A stretch of 64,000 bases of DNA from Eledone cirrhosa (taxonomy: Eukaryota): positions 27,962,001-28,026,000 of the forward strand of contig OZ024764.1 of NCBI GenBank assembly GCA_964016885.1, given 5' to 3'. Below the pieces are notes generated by a model that saw only the letters and a program-made list of their open reading frames with translations, did no database searches and was not told the origin of the DNA. Of this stretch, positions 1 through 12,824 are shown piece after piece (positions within the stretch are counted from its first letter, which is position 1; the number at the start of each line of letters is the position of its first letter). Position numbers and translations under genes: made by a program.

Positions 1-3000
1 CCTCACTTGTTTACTATCTCTCAGAATTATTAGCCACAGGGGCAGAGATGACCATAACATTACATGTCAGAATTATTAGCCACAAGGGCAGAGATGTCCA
101 TAACATTACATGACAGAATTATTAGCCACAGGGGCAGAGATGACCATAACATTACATGACAATTATTAGCCACAGGGGCAGATATGTCAATAACATTACA
201 TGACAGAGTTTCATCTCGCGCTCTCTCTCTCTCGTTTCATCTTGCGCTCTCTCTCTCTCTCGTTTCATCTTGCTCTCTCTCTCTCGTTTCATCTCTGTCT
301 TCCTCTCTCTCGTTCCATCTCTCTCTTCCTCTCTCTCGTTCCATCTCTCTCATCCTCTCTCTCGCTTCATCTCTATCTCCCTCCTTTCATCTGTCTCTCT
401 CTCTGTCGTTTCATCTCGCGCTCTCTCTCTCTCGTTTCATCTCGCGCTCTCTCTGTCTCGTTTCATCTCGCTCTCTCTCTCTCTCGTTTCATCTCTGTCT
501 TCCTCTCTCTCGTTCCATCTCTCTCTTCCTCTCTCTCGTTCCATCTCTCTCTTCCTCTCTCTCGTTTCATCTCTATCTCCCTCGTTTCATCTCTCTCTCG
601 CTCTCTCGTTTCATCTCTCTCTCCCGCTCGTTTCTTTTCGCTCTCTCTCTCCTGTTTCATCTCGCTCTCTACTCTCGTTTCCTCTCTCTCATTTCCTCTC
701 TCTCTCGTTTCCTCTCTGTCTCGTTTCATCTCGCTCTCTCTCTTTCTCGTTTGATCTCGCTCTCACTCTCTCGTTTCATCTCGCTTCTCTCACTCTCTTG
801 TTTCATCTCGCTCTCTCTCTCTCTTCCTCTCTCTCTCTTGTTTCAACACTCTAATCCCTCACTTGTTTTATCTCTCTCTAATCCCTCACTTGGTTCATCT
901 CTCTCAGAATTATTAGCCACAGGGGCAGAGATGTCCATAACATTACATGTCAGAATTATTAGCCACAGGGCAGAGATGTCCATAACATTACATGTCAGAA
1001 TTATTAGCCACTGGGGCAGAGATGTCCATAACATTACATGTCAGAATTATTAGCCACAGGGGTAGAGATGTCCATAACATTACATGACAGAATTATTAGC
1101 CACAGGGGCAGTGATGTCCATAACATTACATGACAATTATTAGCCCCAAGGGCAGATATGTCCATAACATTACATGACAGAGTTCCATCTCGCGCTCTCT
1201 CTCTTCCTCTCTCTCGTTTCATCTCGCTCTCTCTCTCTCTCGTTTCATCTCGCTCTCTCGTTTCATCTCGCTCTCTCGTTTCATCTCGCTCTCTCTCGTT
1301 TCATCTCTGTCTTCCTCTCTCTCGTTCCATCTCTCTCTTCCTCTCTCTCGTTCCATCTCTCTCTTCCTCTCTCTCGTTTCATTTCTATCTCCCTCCTTTC
1401 ATCTGTCTCTCTCTCTGTCGTTTCATCTCGCGCTCTCTCTCTCTCGATTCATCTCGCGCTCTCTCTCTCTCGTTTCATCTCGCTCTCTCTCTCTCTCGTT
1501 TCATCTCTGTCTTCCTCTCTCGCGTTCCATCTCTCTCTTCCTCCCTCTCTTCCTCTCTCTCGTTTCATCTCTATCTCCCTCGTTTCATCTCTCTCTCCCT
1601 CTCGTTTCATCTCGCTCTCTCTCTCCTGTTTCATCTCGCTCTCTACTCTCGTTTCCTCTCTCTCGTTTCCTCTCTGTCTCGTTCCATCCCGCTCTCTCTC
1701 TCTCTCATTACATCTCGCTCTCTCTGTCTCGTTTCATCTCGCTCTCTCTCTCTCTCGTTTCATCTCGCTCTCACTCTCTCGTTTCATCTCGCGTTTCATC
1801 TCACTCTCCCTGTCTCATTTCACCTCGCTCTCTCTCTCTCTTCCTCTCTCTCTCTTGTTTCAACACTCTAATCCCTCACTTGTTTTATCTCTCTCTAATC
1901 CCTCACTTGTTTCATCTCTCTCAGAATTATTAGCCACAGGGGCAGAGATGTCCATAACATTACATGTCAGAATTATTAGCCACAGGGCAGAGATGTCCAT
2001 AACATTACATGTCAGAGTTATTAGCCACAGGGGCAGAGATGTCCATAACATTACATGTCAGAATTATTAGCCACGGGGGCGGAGACGTCCATAACATTAC
2101 ATGACAGAATTATTAGCCACAGGGGCAGAGATGACCATAACATTACATGACAATTATTAGCCACAGGGGCAGATATATCAATAACATTACATGATAGAGT
2201 TTCATCTCGCGCTCTCTCTCTCTCGTTTCATCTTGCTCTCTCTCTCTCTCGTTTCATCTCTGTCTTCCTCTCTCTCGTTCCATCTCTCTCTTCCTCTCTC
2301 CCGTTCCATCTCTCTCATCCTCTCTCACGTTTCATCTCTATCTCCCTCCTTTTATCTGTCTCTCTCTGTCGTTTCATCTCGTGCTCTCTCTCTCTCGTTT
2401 CATCTCGCGCTCTCTCTGTCTCGTTTCATCTCGCTCTCTCTCTCTCTCGTTTCATCTCTGTCTTCCTCTCTCACGTTCCATCTCTCTCTTCCTCTCTCTC
2501 GTTCCCTCTCTCTCTTCCTCTCTCTCGTTTCATCTCTATCTCCCTCGTTTCATCTCTCTCTCGCTCTCTCGTTTCATCTCTCTCTCCCTCTCGTTTCATC
2601 TCGCTCTCTACTCTCGTTTCCTCTCTCTCGTTTCCTCTCTGTCTCGTTCCATCCCGCTCTCTCTCTCTCACATTACATCTCGCTCTCTCTGTCTCGTTTC
2701 ATCTCGCTCTCTCTCTCTCTCGTTTCATCTCGCTCTCACTCTCTCGTTTCATCTCGCTTCTCTCACTATTGCGTTTCATCTCGCTCTCCCTGTCTCATTT
2801 CATCTCGCGCTCTCTCTCTCTCGTTTCATCTCGCGCTCTCTCTCTTCCTCTCTCTCGTTTCATCTCGCTCTCTCTCTCTCTCGTTTCACCTCTGTCTTCC
2901 ATCTCTCTCTTCCTCTCTCTCGTTCCATCTCACTCTTCCTCTCTCTCATTTCATCTCTCTCTCTCGTTTCATCTCTATCTCTCTCTCTCGTTTCATCTGT

Positions 3001-6000
3001 CTCTCTCTCTGTCGTTTCATCTCCCTCTATCTCTCTCTCCCTCTCGTTTCATCTCGCTCTCTCTCTCCTGTTTCATCTCGCTCTCTCTCTCTCCTGTTTC
3101 ATCTCGCTCTCTACTCTCGTTTCCTCTCTCTCTCCCTCCTGTTTCATCTCGCTCTCTCTCTCTCGTTTCATCTCGCTCTCACTCTCTCGTTTCATCTCGC
3201 TCTCTCTCTGTCTCGTTTCATCTCGCTCTCTCTCTCTCATTTCATCTCGCTCTCTCTCTCTCATTTCATCTCGCTCTCTCTCTCTCGTTTCATCTCGCTC
3301 TCACTCTCTCGTTTCATCTCGCTCTCACTCTCTCGTTTCATCTCGCTCTCCCTGTCTCGTTTCATCTCGCTCACACTCTCTCATTTCATCTCGCTCTCTC
3401 TCTCTTCTTTCAACACTCTAATCCCTCACTTGTTTCATCTCTCTCAGAATTATTAGCCACAGGGGCAGAGATGACCATAACATTACATGTCAGAATTATT
3501 AGCCACAGGGGCAGAGATGTCCATAACATTACATGTCAGAATCATTAGCCACAGGGGCAGAGATGTCCATAACATTACATGACAGAATTATTAGCCACAG
3601 GGGCAGAGATGACCATAACATTACATGACAATTATTAGCCACAGGGGCAGATATGTCAATAACATTACATGACAGAGTTTCATCTCGCGCTCTCTCTCTC
3701 TCTCGTTTCATCTTGCGCTCTCTCTCTCTCGTTTCCTCTCGCTCTCTCTCTCTCTCGTTTCATCTCTGTCTTCCTCTCTCTCGTTCCATCTCTCTCTTCC
3801 TCTCTCTCGTTCCATCTCTCTCTTCCTCTCTCTCGTTTCATCTGTCTCTCTCTCGGTCGTTTCATCTCGCGCTCTCTCTCTCTCGTTTCATCTCGCGCTC
3901 TCTCTCTCTCATTTCATCTCGCTCTCTCTCTCTCTCGTTTCATCTCTGTCTTCCTCTCTCTCTTCCTCTCTCTCGTTCCATCTCTCTCTTCCTCTCTCTC
4001 GTTTCATCTCTATCTCCCTCGTTTCATCTCTCTCTCGCTCTCTCATTTCATCTCTCTCTCCCTCTCGTTTCATCTCGCTCTCTCTCTTCTGTTTCATCTC
4101 GCTCTCTACTCTCGTCTCCTCTCTGTCGTTTCCTCTCTGTCTCGTTTCATCTCGCTCTCCCTGTCTCATTTCATCTCGCTCTCTCTCTCTCTCTTCCTCT
4201 CTGTCTCTTGTTTCAACACTCTAATCCCTCACTTGTTTTATCTCTCTCTAATCCCTCACTTGTTTCATCTCTCTTAGAATTATTAGCCACAGGGGCAGAG
4301 ATGTCCATAACATTACATGTCAGAATTATTAGCCACAGGGCAGAGATGTCCATAACATTACATGTCAGAATTATTAGCCACAGGGACAGAGATGTCCATA
4401 ACATTACATGACAGAGTTTCATCTCGCTCTCTCTCTCTCTCGTTTCATCAGTGTCTTCCTCTCTCTCGTTCCATCTCTCTCTTGCTCTCTCTCGTTCCAT
4501 CTCTATCTTCATCTCTCTCGTTTCATCTCTATCTCCCTCCTTTCATCTGTCTCTCTCTCTGTCGTTTCATCTCGCGCTCTCTCTCTCTCGTTTCATCTCG
4601 CGCTCTCTCTCTCTTTCTCTCTCTCGTTTCATCTCTATCTCCCTCGTTTCATCTGTCTCTCGCTCTCTCGTTTCATCTCTCTCTCCCTCTCGTTTCATCT
4701 CGCTCTCTACTCTCGTTTCCTCTCTCTCGCGTTCCATCCCGCTCTCTCTCTCTCTCATTACATCTCGCTCTCTCTGTCTCGTTTCATCTCGCTCTCTCTC
4801 TCTCTCGTTTCATCTCGCTCTCACTCTCTCGTTTCATCTCGCTTCTCTCACTCTCGTGTTTCATCTCGCTCTCCCTGTCTCATTTCATCTCGCTCTCTCT
4901 CTCTCTTCCTCTCTCTCTCTTGTTTCAACACTCTAATCCCTCACTTGTTTTATCTCTCTCTAATCCCTCACTTGTTTCATCTCTCTCAGAATTATTAGCC
5001 ACAGGGGCAGAGATGTCCATAACATTACATGTCAGAATTATTAGTCACAGGGCAGAGATGTCCATAACATTACATGTCAGAATTATTAGCCACAGGGGCA
5101 GAGATGTCCATAACATTACATGACAGAATTATTAGCCACAGGGGCAGAGATGTCCATAACATTACATGTCAGAATTATTAGACACAGGGCAGAGATGTCC
5201 ATAACATTACATGTCAGAATTATTAGCCACAGGGGCAGAGATGTCCATAACATTACATGTCAGAATTATTAGCCACAGGGGCCGAGATGTCCATAACATT
5301 ACATGAAAGAATTATTAGCCACAGGGGCAGAGATGTCCATAACATTACATGACAGAATTATTAGCCACAGGGGCAGAGATGTCCATAACATTACATGACA
5401 ATTATTAGCCCCAAGGGCAGATATGTCCATAACATTACATGACAGAGTTTCATCTGGCGCTCTCTCTCTTCCTCTCTCTCGTTTCATCTCTGTCTTCCTC
5501 TCTCTCGTTCCATCTCTCTCTTCCTCTCGCTCGTTCCATCTCTCTCTTCCTCTCTCTCGTTTCATCTCTATCTCCCTCCTTTCATCTGTCTCTCTCTCTG
5601 TCGTTTCATCTCGCGCTCTCTCTCTCTCGTTTCATCTCGCGCTCTCTCTCTCTCGTTTCATCTCTCTCTCTCTCTCGTTTCATCTCTGTCTTCCTCTCTC
5701 TCGTTCCATCTCTCTCTTCCTCTCTCTCGTTTCATCTCTATCTCCCTCGTTTCATCTCTCTCTCCCTCTCGTTTCATCTCGCTCTCTCTCTCCTGTTTCA
5801 TCTCGCTCTCTACTCTCGTTTCCTCACTCTCGTTTCCTCTCTCTCTCGTTTCCTCTCTGTCTCGTTCCATCCCGCTCTCTCTCTCTCTCATTACATCTCG
5901 CTCTCTCTGTCTCGTTTCATCTCGCTCTCTCTCTCGTTTCATCTCGCTCTCACTCTCTCGTTTCATCTCGCTTCTCTCACTCTCGCGTTTCATCTCGCTC

Positions 6001-6351
6001 TCCCTGTCTCATTTCATCTCGCTCTCTCTCTCTCTTCCTCTCTCTTGTTTCAACACTCTAATCCCTCACTTGTTTTATCTCTCTCTAATCCCCCACGTGT
6101 TTCATCTCTCTTAGAATTATTAGCCACAGGGGCAGAGATGTCCATAACATTACATGTCAGAATTATTAGCCACAGGGCAGAGATGTCCATAACATTACAT
6201 GTCAGAATTATTAACCACAGGGGCAGAGATGTCCATAACATAACATGACAGAATTATTAGCCACAGGGGCAGAGATGTCCATAACATTACATGACAGAAT
6301 TATTAGCCACAGGGGCAGATATGTCCATAACATTACATGACAGAGTTTCAT
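1..6351. repeat. Higher-order satellite: CT-rich blocks (GTTTCATCTCGC(TC)n modules) alternating with arrays of a 46-bp monomer
   Basis: The monomer AGAATTATTAGCCACAGGGGCAGAGATGTCCATAACATTACATGTC occurs in blocks at about 24-208, 906-1180, 1923-2197, 3446-3675, 4276-4415, 4988-5445 and 6112-6345. The six complete blocks are preceded by TTTCAACACTCTAATCCCTCACTTG. Confidence 0.95.
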
Positions 6352-6526
6352 CTGGTTGGAGTAATAACAGTCTTGTTTATGTATATACACACATATATAC
6401 ATATATATATATATATATATATGTTTGTTCTTGTATTTCTATAGAAAAGGTAAAGAAAAGAAGAATGCTCTATGTATTGTACAGAGCTATTTAATTACAT
6501 AATAAACAACAGAATATAATTATTCC

Positions 6527-8881
6527 ATGCAAATAGACTTAGAATGGAAAACATTCAGACAGAGAAGAATGGATAATGAGCGTCGTAAGAGAAATTGGCC
6601 AACAATTAATATTAATGGAAATCTAGAAGAATTTCATATTAGTGATATGAATGTTTCGTGTGATCACTGTGAAGCTTTGAAATTTAGAAATGAAAATTGT
6701 AACTGTTGTAATAAAGGAAAGGTTGTGTTGCCTCCATTGCAAATATACCCCGAGAGACTGAGAAATCTCTTTGAAAGAGGCCAGGAAGCAGTTGATTTCA
6801 CAGAAACGTCTGCAATTAAAACTACATTTATTTCACTTCATTTGGTGTTACCACCCAGCAGAGGCCCGTATAGCTTTCATATTCAGGGTCAAACATATCA
6901 CTACACCCCCATCTCTGTAACCTGCAGAAAATACACCACAATATGGCCAGTTATATATTATTGATGGGAACGAAGGTGTGTAGCACAGATTGGAAGTACA
7001 ACCAAATAATTGTTTCTGGCACAAGGCCAGCAATTACTGGTACTTTATTCTATCGACCTCATAAGGATGAAAACAAAGTCAACCTTGGAGGGATTTGAAC
7101 CCAGAACGTAAAGGGCCATAACCCTATGCTGCAAAGCATGGTGTCTGACGCTCTACCGATACTGCCAATCCACCGCCCTAGTACCAACAAATAATGAGTG
7201 CTCACCACAAAAAATGGCTATGATAAGAGAGGTGTTGCGTGATGTAATCCATATGTCGAAGTGTACAATACAATGCATGGCATCAAACAGCAAAGTGCAA
7301 GAAGAGAAAATTGTTGTGTACAGAACTGTAAATTAAGATTTAGAAGAGGATCAGATATGAGCTGCTATAATTTACCAACTAGTAATGATAGCTGTTGTTT
7401 TGTGGGGGATTGAGGGCAGACCACCTGTACAAAGAGATATTATCATCTTTCCTAAAGACCATCCTCCTCAGAATATATCACATAATTCATGCCACTTGGA
7501 CCTCATGACCAACCCATAATGGTGAATTTTGGTGGCATAGTGACATGGAGAGGAATGCAGGACCTGTGTTTGCAATAGACTGACAATGCAGGAGTATTAC
7601 ATATACAGTATAGCATATAGAGGAGGATTTAGTGCGATATATAGGGCAGGTAAATTATTTTAGCAGTATTTAGTGGAAGCCTATATGAAAGTAGGGGGAT
7701 GCAGGCTTCAATATTTGAGGAACAATCAAGCCCAATTGTGAGTGGATGAGTATAATGGTTTAATGAATTATCTAAACAGATGATAACACTGAGCCTTAAG
7801 AAATGAAGACAAGATAAGAAACAGAGATGACATTGACAGAATCGTGTCAGCAGAAATACCTGCATTGGAAGATGATCAAGTACTACATGAGTAGGTTTAA
7901 AAGTTTATGATACACGGGCCATGTGGTTCTGGAAACCCTTTTCCCCCATTTATACAAAATGGATTTTTCCAAAAGAACTATCCAAAAACCTACAGAAGGG
8001 AAACATTATTGAACCTAAATGGATACCCAGAGTACAGGAGGTGCAAGACAGGAACTGCAGTGTAAATTGGATGACATTCAGTAGATAACAGGAATGTTGT
8101 GCCATTTAATGCCTTTTTGCTTAAGAAATATTGTGCATATATTAATGTTGAAGTTTGCACTTCTGTAAAAAGTGTCAAGTACCTCTTTAAATATGTTACA
8201 TGGGGCATGATTGTACATCTATAGAAGTAACGAATAATGCATTACCTAATGAGGCTCAGAACCAACACAACCATGATGAAATAAGAACCTATCTTTGTTG
8301 CAGGTATGTGTCTCAGCCAGAAGCAGTGTCGTGTCTGTCCGAATTTAAGCTTCATGGTACATCACATACATTATACAGCCTAGCCACACACCTGGAGAAC
8401 AAACAGAGTTTACTTTCAAAGAGGCAATGCTCAGGTTGTGGTAGAAATGCAGGGACCCTTGCTGCCTGGTTCAAGCTAAATGAACTTGCTTACACCTTCT
8501 GGGATGCCGCCTCACAAACTCCAATTAAAAGCAGGATCAATAATAATGCTTCTATGGAATATTTCAATCCAGAACAGATTATGTAATGGCACAAGATTAG
8601 AAGTAGTAGAACTGCATAAACATTTTATCAAAGCTTCTCATATCTATGGTCCTTTGATGGGCAGGTGTGTTTTGATCCCAAGACTGAAGTTAGCCCCCAG
8701 TGGTGCCAACATCCTTTTTACTTTGGAAAGACCCCAGTTTCCATTAAGACTGTCATATGCCATGACAATCAACAAGAACCATGGTCAAATACATGATAAA
8801 GTGGGTCTGTTCCTCCCTGAGCAAGTATTTAACCCTGGACAATTGTATGTTGCTTTTTCAAGAGTTCACAGACAGATGTAA
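6527..8881 (+). mobile_element. Helitron Rep/Hel relic, copy 1 (frameshifted, internally deleted, SINE-interrupted)
   Basis: Motifs in order: CDHCEALKF..CCNKGKVVLPP, QQYLVEAYMKV, DDIDRIVSAEIP, HGPCG, NGYPEYRR, INVEVC..VKYLFKYV (Rep motif 3), and the Pif1 C-terminus LCNGTRL..QFPLRLSYAMTINK..GQLYVAFSRV. Multiple stops and frameshifts. Confidence 0.93.
7011..7178 (-). mobile_element. tRNA-derived SINE inserted in the Helitron
   Basis: The minus strand begins GGGCGGTGGATTGGCAGTATCGGTAGAGCG with a GGTTCAAATCC B-box. Flanked by a degenerate ~16-bp direct repeat (AGTACAACCAAATAAT 6995-7010 / AGTACCAACAAATAAT 7180-7195). Same family as 54469-54688. Confidence 0.85.
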
Positions 8882-9454
8882 AAATTAATCCTAGCAAACC
8901 CCCACCACTCCTACAACTGTTAGCTGTTAGCCCACCCCCAGCATCACCCAACCTCCGTTCTAGTCCCACCATTAGAACCAATGCTGCTTACCCTGCCTCT
9001 TTTACTAGTTCACTCCGTCGCTCGAATTTCAAAGCTGGCCCTCTACACTTGGTCTTTGCCAGCTCACCACCTGGTTGTGCTCTCTGTGTCCGCACTAGCC
9101 GGTACCTAAACACAATAAAATGTCACCTGTGCTACCAAAACTACCACAGGAACTCTGTCGGCATCAGCAAGGCTCAAGCCGAAAGGCTTCAATACTAGAC
9201 CTGTAATCAGGGCCACTTTACCTCCGACGACCAGCTTTCTACCGAGTGTGTGTTGATGGAGGGGACATGAGACCAGCAAAGTCCTAGGAGTAGAGACTAG
9301 TAAATAATAAACGGTCCTAGCTATGTTAAGAATATATATAATAAAAATGTTCTATACATTTAAGAAGACAAGAGAAATAAATATTTACCTCTTTCATGTA
9401 GGTAATATAGCGGTGTTATAAAAGTATAATAACTGATGCGGGTAGTTTGTTTCA

Positions 9455-10096
9455 AACTATAACACATATAACTCTATCAGTGAAGCCCTTTAGTATAGGT
9501 CAACTGGGAAACTATAACACATATAACCCTATCAGTGAAGTCCTTTAGTATAGGTCAACTGGGAAACTATAACACATATAACCCTATCAGTGAAGTCCTT
9601 TAGTATAGGTCAACTGGGAAACTATAACACATATAACCCTATCAGTGAAGTCCTTTAGTATAGGTCAACTGGGAAACTATAACACATATAACCCTATCAG
9701 TGAAGTCCTTTAGTATAGGTCAACTGGGAAACTATAACACATATAACCCTATCAGTGAAGCCCTCTGGGAAACTATAACACATATAACTCTATCAGTGAA
9801 GCCCTTTAGTATAGGTCAACTGGGAAACTATAACACATATAACCCTATCAGTGAAGTCCTTTAGTATAGGTCAACTGGGAAACTATAACACATATAACCC
9901 TATCAGTGAAGTCCTTTAGTATAGGTCAACTGGGAAATTATAACACATATAACCCTATCAGTGAAGTCCTTTAGTATAGGTCAACTGGGAAACTATAACA
10001 CATATAACCCTATCAGTGAAGTCCTTTAGTATAGGTCAACTGGGAAACTATAACACATATAACCCTATCAGTGAAGTCCTTTAGTATAGGTCAACT
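9455..10096 (+). repeat. 55-bp minisatellite (12 units, one shortened to 41 bp)
   Basis: AACTATAACACATATAACCCTATCAGTGAAGTCCTTTAGTATAGGTCAACTGGGA in direct tandem with no spacers. Confidence 0.95.
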
Positions 10097-10149
10097 AACA
10101 GAAGTATTACGGGTATGGAAAAAATTCTAAATAAGCCTACAACAGTCAT

Positions 10150-10224
10150 TGCGGGCCACTCTGACTGGTCAGGTGGGCTCGATTGTGGCCCGCGGGCCGC
10201 CTGTTGTACGCCCCTCCTTTAGAC
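10150..10224 (+). mobile_element. hAT (Charlie/SPIN-like) 3' terminus fragment
   Basis: GCGGGCC..GGCCCGCGGGCCGCCTGTTGTACGCCCCT followed by CTTTAGAC. This resembles Charlie-type subterminal motifs and the NTCTAGAN target. Confidence 0.55.
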
Positions 10225-10266
10225 AGAATATCTATCACTGTTAAGTAATAATGTGATCTGTCGGCC

Positions 10267-10458
10267 AACTACATTTTCCAGCCTGTGGCGTTTGGGGGAG
10301 TCGGGATACTGACTGCGAGATTCCTATCTTCACTGGCGGCTAGCCTGACGAAGGTGACTGGTGAAGCTCGTGAGGGCACTTGGTTGTTCCAGCTCCTCAG
10401 CCTCGCCATCGCCCGAGGTAACGCTGCAGACGTGCTGGCTTGCCTAAAAAATCATTAG
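10267..10458 (+). mobile_element. CRE-like non-LTR retrotransposon, C-terminus of the restriction-like endonuclease (RLE); also at 25287-25478 and 40581-40772
   Basis: Translates as NYIFQPVAFG..FLSSLAASLTKVTGEAREGTWLFQLLSLAIARGNAADVLAC*, matching the CRE RLE tail FxPxAxET..TGDxRE..LxQRLSxAIQRGNA. Confidence 0.75.
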
Positions 10459-10542
10459 AGAGGTTTCCCAGTGCTCCTCGCGATACTGTTAACTTTTGAT
10501 CTAGTAGCAGCTCGTTTGTCCACCCCTTTCGCCTGCCTTTGG

Positions 10543-10725
10543 TTGTATGTCGTCCTAGATGTGTGTATTACCTGCTTGTGTGTTGTATGTGGTCCTAGAT
10601 GTGTTATTACCTGCTTATGTGGTCCTAGATGTATGTATTACCTGCTGGTGTGTTGTATGTGGTCCCAGATGTGTGGATTACCTGTTTTTGTGTTGTATGT
10701 GGTCCCAAATGTGTGTGCTACCCGC
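10543..10725 (+). repeat. ~40-bp degenerate minisatellite (~5 units)
   Basis: TGTATGTGGTCCTAGATGTGTGTATTACCTGCTTGTGTGT repeated; also present in units 2 and 3. Confidence 0.85.
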
Positions 10726-11450
10726 TTCTGTGATTTGTTTCTTCTTCCTCTCTTCCGAGAAACAATCGTGTATTTTTTAAATCTATTCCATGCGTTAAGT
10801 AATTAGCAGCAACAACAAACTGATTTTCAGTTGTAAAAAGAATCTTTAAACCTTCACCATTTACATTAACACATACCATACGTTGTCCCAGCCACAAATA
10901 AAGAGTAAAAAAAACTTACTTTGCGGTTAAATTCTTCACAATTAAAAGAAAAATATTTCTAACACGTTTCTAGACAACACCAAGTTTACACCTTCAATAT
11001 CCGGTAAAAGTAAAAACAAATTCTGGAGACATTTAACGAAACGAAACTATGTAAAGAAAAACGAAAATTAAACGAAGACAAGTAGTAAATTTTAATTTTT
11101 ATTAAATAAAATACCAGTAATTCACTGCAGTAGATTTAATCAACTTTACTCACTCTGCACGAAAGAAGAAAAAAATTCCTGACTTAGTGCTTAATATATA
11201 GAGAGGGGGAGAGTTTGGTGTTACTTCATATAGAGAGGGGTATTGGAAGAGAGTGCCGTGTAGTAGATATAGAGAGGGAGAGAGTGTGTGCTAATTGATA
11301 TAAAGAGGGGGATTTGCACCCCCCCCCCGCCGCCTAGAAAAATTCTGAAATGCTTCGACCTCCCTGTACATATATATATATATATAGTATACACACACAG
11401 ACATTTTTATGTATATATTATATATATAGTAAATAAATGTGTGTGTGTAT

Positions 11451-11490
11451 CAGTGGTCGCCAAACTTTTCTGTTCCACACCCCTCCTCTA
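11451..11490 (+). mobile_element. hAT-like 5' TIR fragment
   Basis: CAGTGGTC(G/C)CCAAACTTTT is a typical Charlie-type terminus; no partner end was identified. Confidence 0.5.
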
Positions 11491-11500
11491 AAATATGTTT

Positions 11501-12622
11501 ATGTTCCCCTTTAATATAAAAACAATCCGAGTATTCTGAAAGTATTATTACTGTAATATAAAGTAGAAACCCTTTATTTAAACAAAGCTACGATGCAGCG
11601 ATGATCAAAACAAACTTCTCGTAGGTGCTGCCAAGCGGGGAAAAGTGGATGTATAATGATGATGATATATATATATATGCCCCACCCTTGCAAACAGGGA
11701 AAAGCAGACGTAAAATGAAAATGATGATATATATATAGATAGATAGATATGTATTTATACTTATACGTCATGGTGGCTACAGGTGCCAAGAGGAAGAAGC
11801 CGGTCAAATCCTCTGATATTTGTTTATCTTCCTTTCCTTTGTATATATATATATAGTATGTGTGTATGAAGATGTATGACCCCCTAGCAAGCCAAACTAC
11901 AGTTACTCCCCAACATGGAGAGCAAATTAAAACATTACCTGTTAGAGAGGAACGTGAAATGAATTGTTAGTGAACTACCGGTGTAACAGTAATTATGTTA
12001 CCGGTGTAACTATTTCTGTTTACCTTATTTTTAAATGACACTCCTATATTAGTTTAGTGACCTTTCAATTCAAATAAATTCTTGATGATGATTGAACTCG
12101 CATCGGAGTAGCCCAACGCCTTGGCCTCCGCGTGTGTGAGCCACATAAATGCTCTCAACGACATAGTGAGAAGAAGCCTGGACGCAGCTGAATTTCCATC
12201 TCAACTGGAGCCAGCAGGCCTAGGCCGCGGAGATGGCAAGCACCGCGAGGGAATCACCCTCTTCCCATTCGAAGGAGGTAGATCCACAAACCCCAGCATC
12301 GCTGCCCGTCTCGCAGATGAACATAAAATAAACAAATTCCGGTGTTTGTCCTGGAGCCTCTTCTAAGCACCAGCCGCCGTCGAGACCCCGGGCCAACTTG
12401 GACCCATTACAGCCGAGCTCCTCCGCAACATCGCAGTGTCTGTGGCCCGTCTGAGGATGGAGTCCCACGAGGTTGGATGCCTGTTGCAGCAGGTGTCACT
12501 GTCCTTACATATATATACGTAAATGTTCCCTTGACTGCTATTTCTAGCATATATTAATAGACACTTTAGAAACAGCAGCTAAAAATCAAGAAACAACAGT
12601 GTGTGTCTGTATATATATACAC

Positions 12623-12673
<51 letters not shown>

Positions 12674-12757
12674 AGCCAAAGACACGCACACACGAACATA
12701 CACATACACACAGGTGTATGTCTGCGTGTATGTATATATATGTGTGTGTCTTTTCGT

Positions 12758-12824
<67 letters not shown>

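Noticed and set aside
184-6248. Long S/L/F/H-rich ORFs (up to 421 aa), and their inverted counterparts at 20.9-22.3 kb and 36.0-37.4 kb
   Set aside because: Open in several frames because CT repeats lack stop codons; no protein features.
24-6345. 46-bp repeats as a CRISPR array, or GCCACAGGGGCAG as a CTCF site
   Set aside because: Monomers abut with no unique spacers, there are no cas genes and the context is eukaryotic. The motif is two bases shorter than the CTCF core spacing.
9455-10096. CCCTATCAGTGA in the 55-bp repeat resembles the tet operator (tetO array or vector contamination)
   Set aside because: Only 12 bases match and the palindromic right half (TAGAGA) is absent. No vector sequence lies nearby and the array varies naturally between units.
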